From an uncultured virus (IMG/VR IMGVR_UViG_3300031994_000066) (taxonomy: Duplodnaviria > Heunggongvirae > Uroviricota > Caudoviricetes): a DNA stretch of 64,000 nt. Both the position numbers and the translations under genes were made by a program. A model generated the notes under the pieces. It was given only the letters and a program-made list of their open reading frames with translations. It had not been told where the DNA came from and made no database searches. Positions within the stretch are counted from its first letter, which is position 1; each line of letters starts with the position of its first letter. The stretch is taken from the IMG/VR virus record IMGVR_UViG_3300031994_000066, one strand, 5' to 3'. Positions 56,579-64,000 of this stretch are shown here, in pieces.

Positions 56579-57826
56579 TTATGCAGCCATTGCCATTTGT
56601 AGTTCAAATTCACGCTTCCTCTCCCGTGTCTGTCTCATCACCACAGCATTTTCAGTGTATTTATTGGAAATGTGTGCCACGAGATTGTCTTTGTCGAACT
56701 CTATATACTTCGACCACTCGCTGTTCTTGAGCATATCCACACCTTGTGTCCGAAGACGGTAGGAATTGCACCACTTGAGTAATCCAAGATATGAGTTGCA
56801 TACACTGACAACCTTGTCTTTGAACTGCCACACCATCTCCGGCGACCTCGACACAAGGTCGGCGAAACGGCGCATCTTGTACAGCCAGTTGTGAGCGATA
56901 CGGTCATTAGGCAGAATACGGTCGAAGCGTACCTTGAACGCACCGACACGGATTCCTTTCGAGTAGTGTTGAATGTCGAACTTCTTTGGATGAAGACGAA
57001 GACGCATCCGCTGCCAGCAGAACTCGCGGAAGAAAGGCATCAAACTCAAGAACTCTCGCTTGTGTATAATCACACCTTTGATGTCATCGGTGTAACATAC
57101 AAAGCGAATACCAAGCTCTTCCAACAACTTGAGGAACTCGGTCGTTATGAAATTTGCAAGCGTCTGCGACGTGACGTTGCCTATCGCCAGACCTATAGGA
57201 GAGGTGCTACCGACGAGCGATTTGCTCTTCTCGATATGTTTCCACATCCACTCTGGTGATTTCTTCACGCAGTCGGACTGCGGGCGATGGCGGTAGATTA
57301 TCTCTGCAAGATACTCCACGACCTCCCAATCAGCCTCCTCATAGTGCTTGTCGATGAAATCCACAACACGAGGAGTCCAAAAGGCTGTGTCGATGCTTGG
57401 GAAGAACCCTTGAAAGTCAAACGAGAAAACATAACAGTCTTTCGTATAGTTCTCGCTGACTTGTCGCAGATACTCTCTGAACCGATACGCGGCACGAAGA
57501 CCACCTTTCCCTACACGACACGAGTAGGAATCTTTGCTCTCGTATGCCTCAAATATCGGTAGTATCTTCTGCACGAGAATTGTCTGTGCCACACGGTCGC
57601 GGAAATCGGCTGCAAGAACCTCTCTCCATTTCGGCTGTGAGATGATAAAGGCAATGCTTCTTTTCATCTTCAAACACATCAGATTTATTTGATGGCACAG
57701 TTCAATCAAACCCTCACAGCGATACATCTCAAATATCAACTGTGATGGTTTGCGTCTTTTCTTACGTCTACAAAGATAGTAGCAATAGAGTACATAATCA
57801 TAGGGAATAGGATAATCCATCAGCAT
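56579..57826 (-). CDS. DGR reverse transcriptase
   Basis: REVLAADFRDRVAQ, SYSCRVGKG, FDFQGFFPSID, GLAIGNVTSQ (DGR-type SQ motif), catalytic YTDD, NSYLG. Start placed at the first ATG after the TR; the frame is open up to 58018. Confidence 0.95.
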   Translation of the reverse strand: MLMDYPIPYDYVLYCYYLCRRKKRRKPSQLIFEMYRCEGLIELCHQINLMCLKMKRSIAFIISQPKWREVLAADFRDRVAQTILVQKILPIFEAYESKDSYSCRVGKGGLRAAYRFREYLRQVSENYTKDCYVFSFDFQGFFPSIDTAFWTPRVVDFIDKHYEEADWEVVEYLAEIIYRHRPQSDCVKKSPEWMWKHIEKSKSLVGSTSPIGLAIGNVTSQTLANFITTEFLKLLEELGIRFVCYTDDIKGVIIHKREFLSLMPFFREFCWQRMRLRLHPKKFDIQHYSKGIRVGAFKVRFDRILPNDRIAHNWLYKMRRFADLVSRSPEMVWQFKDKVVSVCNSYLGLLKWCNSYRLRTQGVDMLKNSEWSKYIEFDKDNLVAHISNKYTENAVVMRQTRERKREFELQMAMAA

Positions 57827-57849
57827 GTGGTCGTTTTCTCGGTAAAGTT

Positions 57850-57959
57850 CGAGGAGCGGGCGAACAGAATACGAATTGTTCTTATTGTTGTTGTTGACAT
57901 TGCCATTGTTGCCATTGTAATACCACGCATTGTTGCTGTTATACTCTGACACAGACCAA
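57850..57959 (-). ncRNA. DGR template repeat (TR)
   Basis: AAC/AAT-rich 110-bp sequence between avd and RT; translates as WSVSEYNSNNAWYYNGNNGNVNNNNKNNSYSVRPLL. Confidence 0.95.
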
Positions 57960-58054
57960 TGTATGTTGCACATATTGTTCTGACAAGTTCTACTCGTATG
58001 TCGCATAAATGTTTGCATTGCAACGAATAAGTTTTTGCTTGTTGTGCATCCCCA

Positions 58055-58486
58055 TTAACGAGAGGTCTCTTCCACGGGCGTTACCGCAGAAATCTGCCTC
58101 ACTGATTCCGATAATTTTTTGCGGAGTGAGTTTGACCACCCCTCCAGATTTATCCTAATTTTGTGCATCTGAATGTCGTATTTCGCACGAACCTCATTGC
58201 TAATCGTCTGAACGTCGGGAGAATTGGCAATATCCAACTTCCGCTCAAGGCGTACCAGATGGCTCATAGCAAAGCAGGCTGCGTCGTACTTACCCTCAAA
58301 GTTATCCTTTGGCATATAGTAAGCGTCACTTATACCATCACAGATTGCCGAAGCCTCGTCGATAATGTCTTTCCAAAGTTTCTTGTACTTGTTCATTATC
58401 TTGTGTTCTGTGCGGTATGTCATACGCTCAAGTACCATAGCGTCTTGATAAACTTCAAGGTTTTTTATGTCAGCACCTTTAGCCAT
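58055..58486 (-). CDS. avd: DGR accessory variability determinant (Avd-like four-helix bundle)
   Basis: 143-aa helical protein with LEVYQDA near the N-terminus and LEGW near the C-terminus; canonical position between target gene and TR. Confidence 0.8.
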   Translation of the reverse strand: MAKGADIKNLEVYQDAMVLERMTYRTEHKIMNKYKKLWKDIIDEASAICDGISDAYYMPKDNFEGKYDAACFAMSHLVRLERKLDIANSPDVQTISNEVRAKYDIQMHKIRINLEGWSNSLRKKLSESVRQISAVTPVEETSR

Positions 58487-58545
58487 ATTCGTTTGATTTA
58501 CTTGTTCAGATTTATTTCTTTACTCGTTCTCAACCCTCCGAGTAT

Positions 58546-58572
58546 GGGGTCTGTCTTTCAAGGACAGACCCC
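58546..58572 (-). promoter_or_regulatory. DGR target-recognition hairpin downstream of VR1
   Basis: Minus strand GGGGTCTGTC-CTTGAAA-GACAGACCCC. Confidence 0.8.
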
Positions 58573-58591
58573 AAGAGGGAAAGGTTTAAGG

Positions 58592-59932
58592 TTAGACTTC
58601 GAGGGCGAGGAGCGGGCGAACAGAACACGAAATGCGCTTATAGTAGTAGCCGACATAGCCAAAGGTGCCATTGTAACACCACGCAACGTTGCCGTTAGAC
58701 TCTGACACAGACCAAATGTAATCGCTATTCGCCAGAGCCGTACCACCTATCTTACTCAAGGCAGAACGCACGAGAGCATAGGTTGTGTCCTCCATAAACA
58801 TACCGAGGTCGGTATTGTTCGGCATCTGCCACTTACCAGCAGCCATAGCGTCATCACCGCTAACATAGGCGGTATTGGCATAGTATGCTGCGGGGAAAGC
58901 GGGTACTCTGTTTCCGTCGAGGTCGAGAGTCATCACAGAGGCGAGGAGTTTGGTCTGTTCGAGACCGCGACCATAGCCAATGTACTCGACACCACCGGCG
59001 TGTACGTCTTCAACCTTAATCATGTGCGCACGGAGATAGGCATCATAATCGCCATTATATTTAGCGTATACAGCCTGTGCATCAGCAGTGCCAGTAGCAC
59101 AAGCCTCGAAAGCCGTCTGTTTCATAATGTCAACGGCACTCTCCGCTACATAACTGGCATTACCATTCGCAGAAGCCCACGATTTCCATTTGGAAAAGTT
59201 AGCACCGCAACGGTAGGAGTTGTTGTACCCAGCCTTGCTGTACTGAACGGTGTTCGCGGCGATGAAACTCGTGAGACCGAGAGAGAGGCTTCCGACGGCA
59301 GTATTCTGCCATCCGCGATGGACTTCAGTCTGTTTGACACCATCGACCCAGCACTGTTTCGAGAGGTCTTCATACTCGACACCGCTGTCACTGGAGATTG
59401 TGAATGTACTTGCGGAATAGGTGTTGACGGCGATACCGACATAAGTACCTTTGTTCACAGCGAGACCGCTCTGTACGGCGTTAATCTGGCTGACGATTGT
59501 AGCAACAGCATCGCTCGCCCAAGTGACATCGCCACTCTTTGCAGTACCGTTGATGGTCACAGCCCAATGGAACGAGCCGGAGGCCGACGGAGTGAGTTTG
59601 TAAAAACCACTCTGACCCCACATTCTGCTTGCAGCGTTCTTGTGCATAATGATGCACTTACCGAGGATTTTTCCGAACATCACGCCAACGATAGTGAATC
59701 GAGGGTCGAGACTTGCGGCATTGTACTCGGCTACGGGAACGCCATACTTCTGCTTGGTTGTCGGGTCAAGCAGGACGATGTTCACGCCGTCGCACTGCTT
59801 TATTGGGGTGATTGGATTTTTGCCGTCATAGTGCATCTCACCGCCGTCGAAAGAGACAGACGATTCGTTGACTGGACGGTCTGTAGCAGCACTGTAGGCT
59901 GCCTTACTTGCATACTTGAAAATGTTTGCCAT
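58592..59932 (-). CDS. DGR target protein 1, probable tail fibre/receptor-binding protein with C-terminal CLec-type variable region
   Basis: 446 aa; FPAAYYA..GKWQMPN..YIWSVSE...VRPLLAL; lies among tail genes. Confidence 0.88.
   Translation of the reverse strand: MANIFKYASKAAYSAATDRPVNESSVSFDGGEMHYDGKNPITPIKQCDGVNIVLLDPTTKQKYGVPVAEYNAASLDPRFTIVGVMFGKILGKCIIMHKNAASRMWGQSGFYKLTPSASGSFHWAVTINGTAKSGDVTWASDAVATIVSQINAVQSGLAVNKGTYVGIAVNTYSASTFTISSDSGVEYEDLSKQCWVDGVKQTEVHRGWQNTAVGSLSLGLTSFIAANTVQYSKAGYNNSYRCGANFSKWKSWASANGNASYVAESAVDIMKQTAFEACATGTADAQAVYAKYNGDYDAYLRAHMIKVEDVHAGGVEYIGYGRGLEQTKLLASVMTLDLDGNRVPAFPAAYYANTAYVSGDDAMAAGKWQMPNNTDLGMFMEDTTYALVRSALSKIGGTALANSDYIWSVSESNGNVAWCYNGTFGYVGYYYKRISCSVRPLLALEV
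58606..58715 (-). repeat. DGR variable region VR1
   Basis: 110 bp colinear with the TR; 18 mismatches, all at TR adenines. Confidence 0.95.
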
Positions 59933-59955
59933 TGTTTATTTCTCCTTTCTTTTCG

Positions 59956-61491
59956 TTAGGCGTTGGTTCTGGCTTTCCAGTCAGTCACGGCAGAAACACC
60001 AGTGGCATCGTAGAAGACCTTATTGGTCGTGTCGAAATAGGTTTGACCGATGAACAGAGGTACACCAGTCCAGGCACCATAGCGTTCAGCATCCCATTCT
60101 GCCGGAACAACAGAGGAAGAGGGAGCGCCAGCAGCCTTGAGGATAGCATCTCCACCACGGAGGCGCAGATTCATCTCGCCATTGACACGGAGGCTCTGGA
60201 CGGAGAGAGATGCAAAGCCGTTCTCAATGCTCTTCTCGATACCAGAGACGCGGGCATCCAGATTGGCAAAGGCTTCTGCAATGGTTCTCTGGGCGAGAGC
60301 TCCAATGAAGTTACTGGCGATGTTCCTGAAGATACCCCAACCCACTTTCTTGCACACACCACCGTTGACGGTAGCGGTGAAGCCGGAGATGACCACAGTG
60401 AGGGCCTGCGGAGCGAGGTACACATAGTAACCAGCACTCGGCATAGCAGCGACACTCTGGCGCACCAGAGGCACATAGAAATTCTCGGTGACGGTGTGGG
60501 TGGTAGGCAGAGAAGCAACGGTCGTACCGCCGATGGTGATTGTGGCGTGACCCTCCTCGTCATAGGTGTAGGTGTACACCAGAGTCTGGTCATAGTCGGC
60601 AGTGGCCGTTGCGACGCGGCCCTGCTCGTCGTAAGTGAGTGTATAGACGATAGGCTTCTCATAGGTACGAGTCTCTTTCTGGCTCACCACCGAACACTCG
60701 GCAGCAACAGCAGAAGCACTCGGCACGAGAAGAATATCACCCATATTGAGGTTGATAGCGTCCGAAATGCCGTAGTTGGCATTGGAGGTTTCAGTACCGC
60801 TGGTATTGACGTATTTGCCGCTCGTACCCTGCGTGAGGGTGACAGACGAAACAGCATCGTACTTACCGAAAGATTCGTGGATGAACTGTGCATCCGAAGC
60901 GCTAAACGCGACCAGTTTGCTGGTAGCAGTGCCAAGGAAGCGAGCGTACAGAGCATCCTTGTACACCCAAAGCAGAGCGTCGAGGCTACTGTCATAGGTG
61001 ACAAGCGCCATGTGGATTTTGTTGTCGGCAGAGCCATCAGCCACCTGACAAGGGGCATAGTTGGCATAGTTGCCGGCGGTCTGTCTGGTCGAGAGATAGG
61101 ACTTGAAAGCAGCCCAACTCGAAGACGTGGCTGTTGTCATCAGATTGAGAGCGCCGTAGGTAGAAACGAACTCCTTGTACTTGAGTTGTTCGCTCTTCTC
61201 ATACAGCATTGCCATTGTAACCTCCTCGACATCCTCGCTATCCCAGACACCAGTATGACTGGCAATGAAGCGATAAGCCTTGTTCTCGTAACGCACAATA
61301 TCATTGGCATAATACTGTGTCTGCGAGTTAAAGGCGGCAATGTCAAGGATGTTGCGGAACTCTGCGTTGAGATAAGTGTCGAGCTGTTCGACACTCGCTT
61401 TCTTCGGAGTGTTACTTCCGTCAGACAACGGAAACACGACGGTCGGAGAAAGGGCATCAATCAACGAAGCGTCTTTGATTTTTACATCCAT
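59956..61491 (-). CDS. Putative tail fibre/virion protein
   Basis: 511 aa, S/T/A/V-rich; one aromatic module (FNSQTQYYANDIVRYENKAYRFIASHTGVWD) like those in the 1872-aa protein. Confidence 0.7.
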   Translation of the reverse strand: MDVKIKDASLIDALSPTVVFPLSDGSNTPKKASVEQLDTYLNAEFRNILDIAAFNSQTQYYANDIVRYENKAYRFIASHTGVWDSEDVEEVTMAMLYEKSEQLKYKEFVSTYGALNLMTTATSSSWAAFKSYLSTRQTAGNYANYAPCQVADGSADNKIHMALVTYDSSLDALLWVYKDALYARFLGTATSKLVAFSASDAQFIHESFGKYDAVSSVTLTQGTSGKYVNTSGTETSNANYGISDAINLNMGDILLVPSASAVAAECSVVSQKETRTYEKPIVYTLTYDEQGRVATATADYDQTLVYTYTYDEEGHATITIGGTTVASLPTTHTVTENFYVPLVRQSVAAMPSAGYYVYLAPQALTVVISGFTATVNGGVCKKVGWGIFRNIASNFIGALAQRTIAEAFANLDARVSGIEKSIENGFASLSVQSLRVNGEMNLRLRGGDAILKAAGAPSSSVVPAEWDAERYGAWTGVPLFIGQTYFDTTNKVFYDATGVSAVTDWKARTNA

Positions 61492-61566
61492 AATTACTTA
61501 ATTTAATGTTGGTTAAACTTACTTTTGTTACTTTTCTTGTTGTTGAGACACAGCCTCCCAGCGTGG

Positions 61567-61842
61567 TTATCGGACTTTTCTGTACCCTCCAATGACGCGA
61601 CTGCCATCGTCGAAGCACACAGTATCGCCGTTGTCGAACAGAAGCACTGTCGGCTCGGTCGGTACGACACGTTTCTGACCAGCCACGACGTTGCTACCGT
61701 CATCCCACAGCATAGGCGAACCGTCATCCCACAGGAGCATGATTTGCTCCACAACGGTCTTGACATCTTCGCCGAATCCGACACCGATACGGCGGGTCTT
61801 GACCGCTGCCAACGACACTTTTCGCAAACCTACTTTTCTCAT
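61567..61842 (-). CDS. Small virion-associated hypothetical protein with (W/F)DDG repeats
   Basis: LLWDDGSPMLWDDGSNV..LLFDNGDTVCFDDGS. Confidence 0.65.
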   Translation of the reverse strand: MRKVGLRKVSLAAVKTRRIGVGFGEDVKTVVEQIMLLWDDGSPMLWDDGSNVVAGQKRVVPTEPTVLLFDNGDTVCFDDGSRVIGGYRKVR

Positions 61843-61888
61843 TTTGTGATTTCTCCTGCTTTACGTTGGTTAGACTAAATGGTTTTCT

Positions 61889-62191
61889 CTACTCGACTGT
61901 GATGTACTCCGCATCCTCGATTGGCAAAAAAGCCTGCAACAGAACCGAAAGACCAGCGGGAATGTCGAGACGGAACATCTTGCTGTTTCCACCCCACATA
62001 TCCACGTTTTCTACGCGGACATAAGGCATAACGCTGGACGTGCGAGCAAGCACATCAACGTAGCACTCCGACGGATTTTTTGCACCATCGCCGAAGTCTA
62101 CTTGCATAACAATCTCGTCGCCGTTACTCGTGTACGAGTATTCATAGCGACCGTTTGTTGGGTTTTTGGTGAATGTTACTTTTGTAGCCAT
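61889..62191 (-). CDS. Hypothetical beta-rich protein
   Basis: 100-aa ORF in the structural operon. Confidence 0.7.
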   Translation of the reverse strand: MATKVTFTKNPTNGRYEYSYTSNGDEIVMQVDFGDGAKNPSECYVDVLARTSSVMPYVRVENVDMWGGNSKMFRLDIPAGLSVLLQAFLPIEDAEYITVE

Positions 62192-62211
62192 ATTCTTGAA
62201 AATTTATGTTT

Positions 62212-62868
62212 TTAGTTCAACACATTCGAGCCGTCATCCCACAGCATAGCGACGTTGTTATCCCACAGCATATAGCCGTAATTTGAACGCACATCGTAAT
62301 TCTGTGCATTGACCGGCAAGAAGAACACTGTGGACGTTCCAAGCACGGTGTCAGTACCGCCTTGACCATCGTCCACATACACGGTGAATGATTGCTGTTC
62401 TGCTTTTCCTTGGATTGTACCCTCGGCAGAACCAGTCTTCATATTGGCAAATGCAGCCTTGGTGTTCAACTTCAGTTTCGGTATCACAACATTTGGCAGA
62501 TTGCGGTCTTGGAACTCCAGTTCCACAACAGCCCAGCGGTCGTGATGCTCCGACGGAGCGAGAAGAACACCGTCATCCTCCACAAAGCCGAATATTTCCT
62601 TGAGAACGTCGTTCTGAAAGTCAATGCAGACGCTCGTGAAATTCACAGCGCCCAACTGAATATTCTCAAACAGAGGCGAGGAATAAAACTCGGCTTCTTT
62701 GGCATTGATAGTATTGTCATCCGGCTCAAGGACAACACTATCAGCAACGATTGCACGAAAATCGTACTTGGTCAACCCAACCGTGTCCTCGTTGATGTAG
62801 GGCGTAATATACAGATGGGTCAACTTTCTGAATATACGCATATTCGAGCCTAAATCTTTTACACCCAT
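62212..62868 (-). CDS. Putative tail-tube-like structural protein
   Basis: 218 aa, beta-rich, next to the tape measure gene; ends YMLWDNNVAMLWDDGSNVLN. Confidence 0.5.
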   Translation of the reverse strand: MGVKDLGSNMRIFRKLTHLYITPYINEDTVGLTKYDFRAIVADSVVLEPDDNTINAKEAEFYSSPLFENIQLGAVNFTSVCIDFQNDVLKEIFGFVEDDGVLLAPSEHHDRWAVVELEFQDRNLPNVVIPKLKLNTKAAFANMKTGSAEGTIQGKAEQQSFTVYVDDGQGGTDTVLGTSTVFFLPVNAQNYDVRSNYGYMLWDNNVAMLWDDGSNVLN

Positions 62869-62920
62869 ATCGTTATATTTTTAACATTTACAGCGTTAAA
62901 AACGCAACTATTTCAAGTTG

Positions 62921-62950
62921 CAAAAATACTAATTTTATTTCACTTACAAA
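62921..62950 (-). promoter_or_regulatory. Bacteroidetes primary-sigma promoter
   Basis: Minus strand TTTG-N18-TATTTTTG. Confidence 0.6.
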
Positions 62951-62991
62951 TGGCATAATCGCACTTTTTGGTCTACTACCGAATAAACTTT

Positions 62992-64000
62992 TTACGCAAC
63001 AATTCGTACAGCCATCGTGTTAGCCGTCTGGTTCGGCATTGTGATGTCGCTCAATTTATCCCAAATTCGACGCACATTCTCGTCTATACGGCTCAAGATT
63101 GCATACGACGCACTCTGCGTTCCAGACAACACAGCATCGCGGATTTGACGCAGCATCATATTATCTTCTGCAATGAAGAAACGTATGCTATTGAGATAAC
63201 CCTCAATAACCTCTGCTGTAGCCTCTGTAATGCCTTGTATACCCTGCTGTAAACCAGACAGAGTGTCGGTTGCATCCATACCGACACCAAGTTCCTCCCA
63301 CAGACCTTTCAGAGCCTCGTTCAATTCTGGGAATATCTGTGCCGCTCTCTGACGCACGGCATCCAACTCACTGCGAGTAAATGTGCCGTCCTCGGTCGCT
63401 TGGTCTATCATATCGAACAACGGCTGGAGCATCATATTGGCAATACGCATCGTGGCTTGTTTCTTGAACAGATTCTTGACAAACTCGTCAAAGTTATCCT
63501 GCAATCCGCTCAAGCCATCTCCAGTCTCTTGGAACGCCTGCATCCAAGCGTCAACAAACTCCTCGGATGCAGAACGCCAACTGCTCTCACCGATACCGCC
63601 CCACTCCTGCGTCATCTTCTCACGCAATGCACGTTGCTCCTCATACACCTCATCCATCGAAGCACGATAACCCTCAAGAGCCTCGCTGTCTGGATTTTTC
63701 TTTTTTGCCTCGGCATTGTACTGTTCCTGTAACGCACTCAATTTCGCACTCAACTCATTCATCTGCTTGTTGTAGTTGTCGAAATAGTCATCACGGCTCA
63801 TCGCCCTATCCATCTGCTTTTCAAACAACTCAATACGGCGAGAGATATTGGAGAGTTTCTTGTCGAGTTCCTTGATTTCTTTGTCAAGAGTGGCCTCGTG
63901 AATGTCAATATCATCAGATATGATACTGCCGATGGAAGCGACCAGACCTATCCAAGCCGTCACATCAGAACCCTCCGAGGCGATAATCTTTGCGATATTA
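62992..64000 (-). CDS. Tail tape measure protein, C-terminal part (5' end outside the window)
   Basis: Helical/coiled-coil sequence; FVDAWMQAFQETGDG and LQQGIQGITEATAEVIEGYLNSIR resemble Bacteroidales phage tape measure C-termini (from memory). Confidence 0.75.
   Translation of the reverse strand, partial: NIAKIIASEGSDVTAWIGLVASIGSIISDDIDIHEATLDKEIKELDKKLSNISRRIELFEKQMDRAMSRDDYFDNYNKQMNELSAKLSALQEQYNAEAKKKNPDSEALEGYRASMDEVYEEQRALREKMTQEWGGIGESSWRSASEEFVDAWMQAFQETGDGLSGLQDNFDEFVKNLFKKQATMRIANMMLQPLFDMIDQATEDGTFTRSELDAVRQRAAQIFPELNEALKGLWEELGVGMDATDTLSGLQQGIQGITEATAEVIEGYLNSIRFFIAEDNMMLRQIRDAVLSGTQSASYAILSRIDENVRRIWDKLSDITMPNQTANTMAVRIVA

Larger units (their letters stand above)
56579..59932 (-). 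mobile_element. Diversity-generating retroelement cassette (target-hairpin-avd-TR-RT)
   Basis: All canonical components are present in the order known from Bordetella phage BPP-1. Confidence 0.95.

Noticed and set aside
56579..57826. RT as a group II intron, retron or Abi-type enzyme
   Set aside because: No maturase or endonuclease extension is visible. The GNxxSQ motif, adjacent Avd-like gene and A-specific TR/VR pairs identify a DGR.
59926..61506. 526-aa + strand ORF, and similar long antisense ORFs at 59000-59959, 43569-44396 and 19233-20117
   Set aside because: Shadow frames opposite well-supported genes, with no recognisable motifs.
1..64000. Stop-codon reassignment (alternative genetic code)
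   Set aside because: Long genes are intact under the standard code, TAA, TAG and TGA all end well-supported genes, and no suppressor tRNA was seen.

Overview
This 64-kb window is part of a tailed dsDNA phage genome. TTTG-N18/19-TAnnTTTG promoters and A-rich leaders point to a Bacteroidales host (inference). Layout: (1) a 5'-truncated 1.9-kaa tail protein on + (1-5.7 kb). (2) A minus-strand replication/modification block (5.8-20.1 kb) with a primase-helicase, a beta sliding clamp, and C5 and amino DNA methyltransferases. (3) A largely non-coding control region (20.2-24 kb) with an array of GCGATT-N3-AATC sites, a putative large structured RNA, an AT-rich cruciform and iteron-like repeats. (4) An 11-kb + strand run of about 20 small genes, almost all with their own conserved two-hairpin + AAACTTAC leader (24-35.4 kb). 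(5) tRNAs, tRNA-like elements, RtcB, a DEDDh exonuclease, a Rad50-like/RecT/MBL recombination module, SSB and dUTPase (35.5-55 kb). (6) Minus-strand lysis and tail genes (55-64 kb) containing a complete diversity-generating retroelement (RT, Avd, TR). The same TR matches two variable regions with adenine-only mismatches. One is in the adjacent tail-fibre-like gene; the other is in a small gene 5.4 kb away on the opposite strand. Both are followed by a structurally conserved, sequence-covarying hairpin. All product calls come from motif recognition by eye; no database searches were run.
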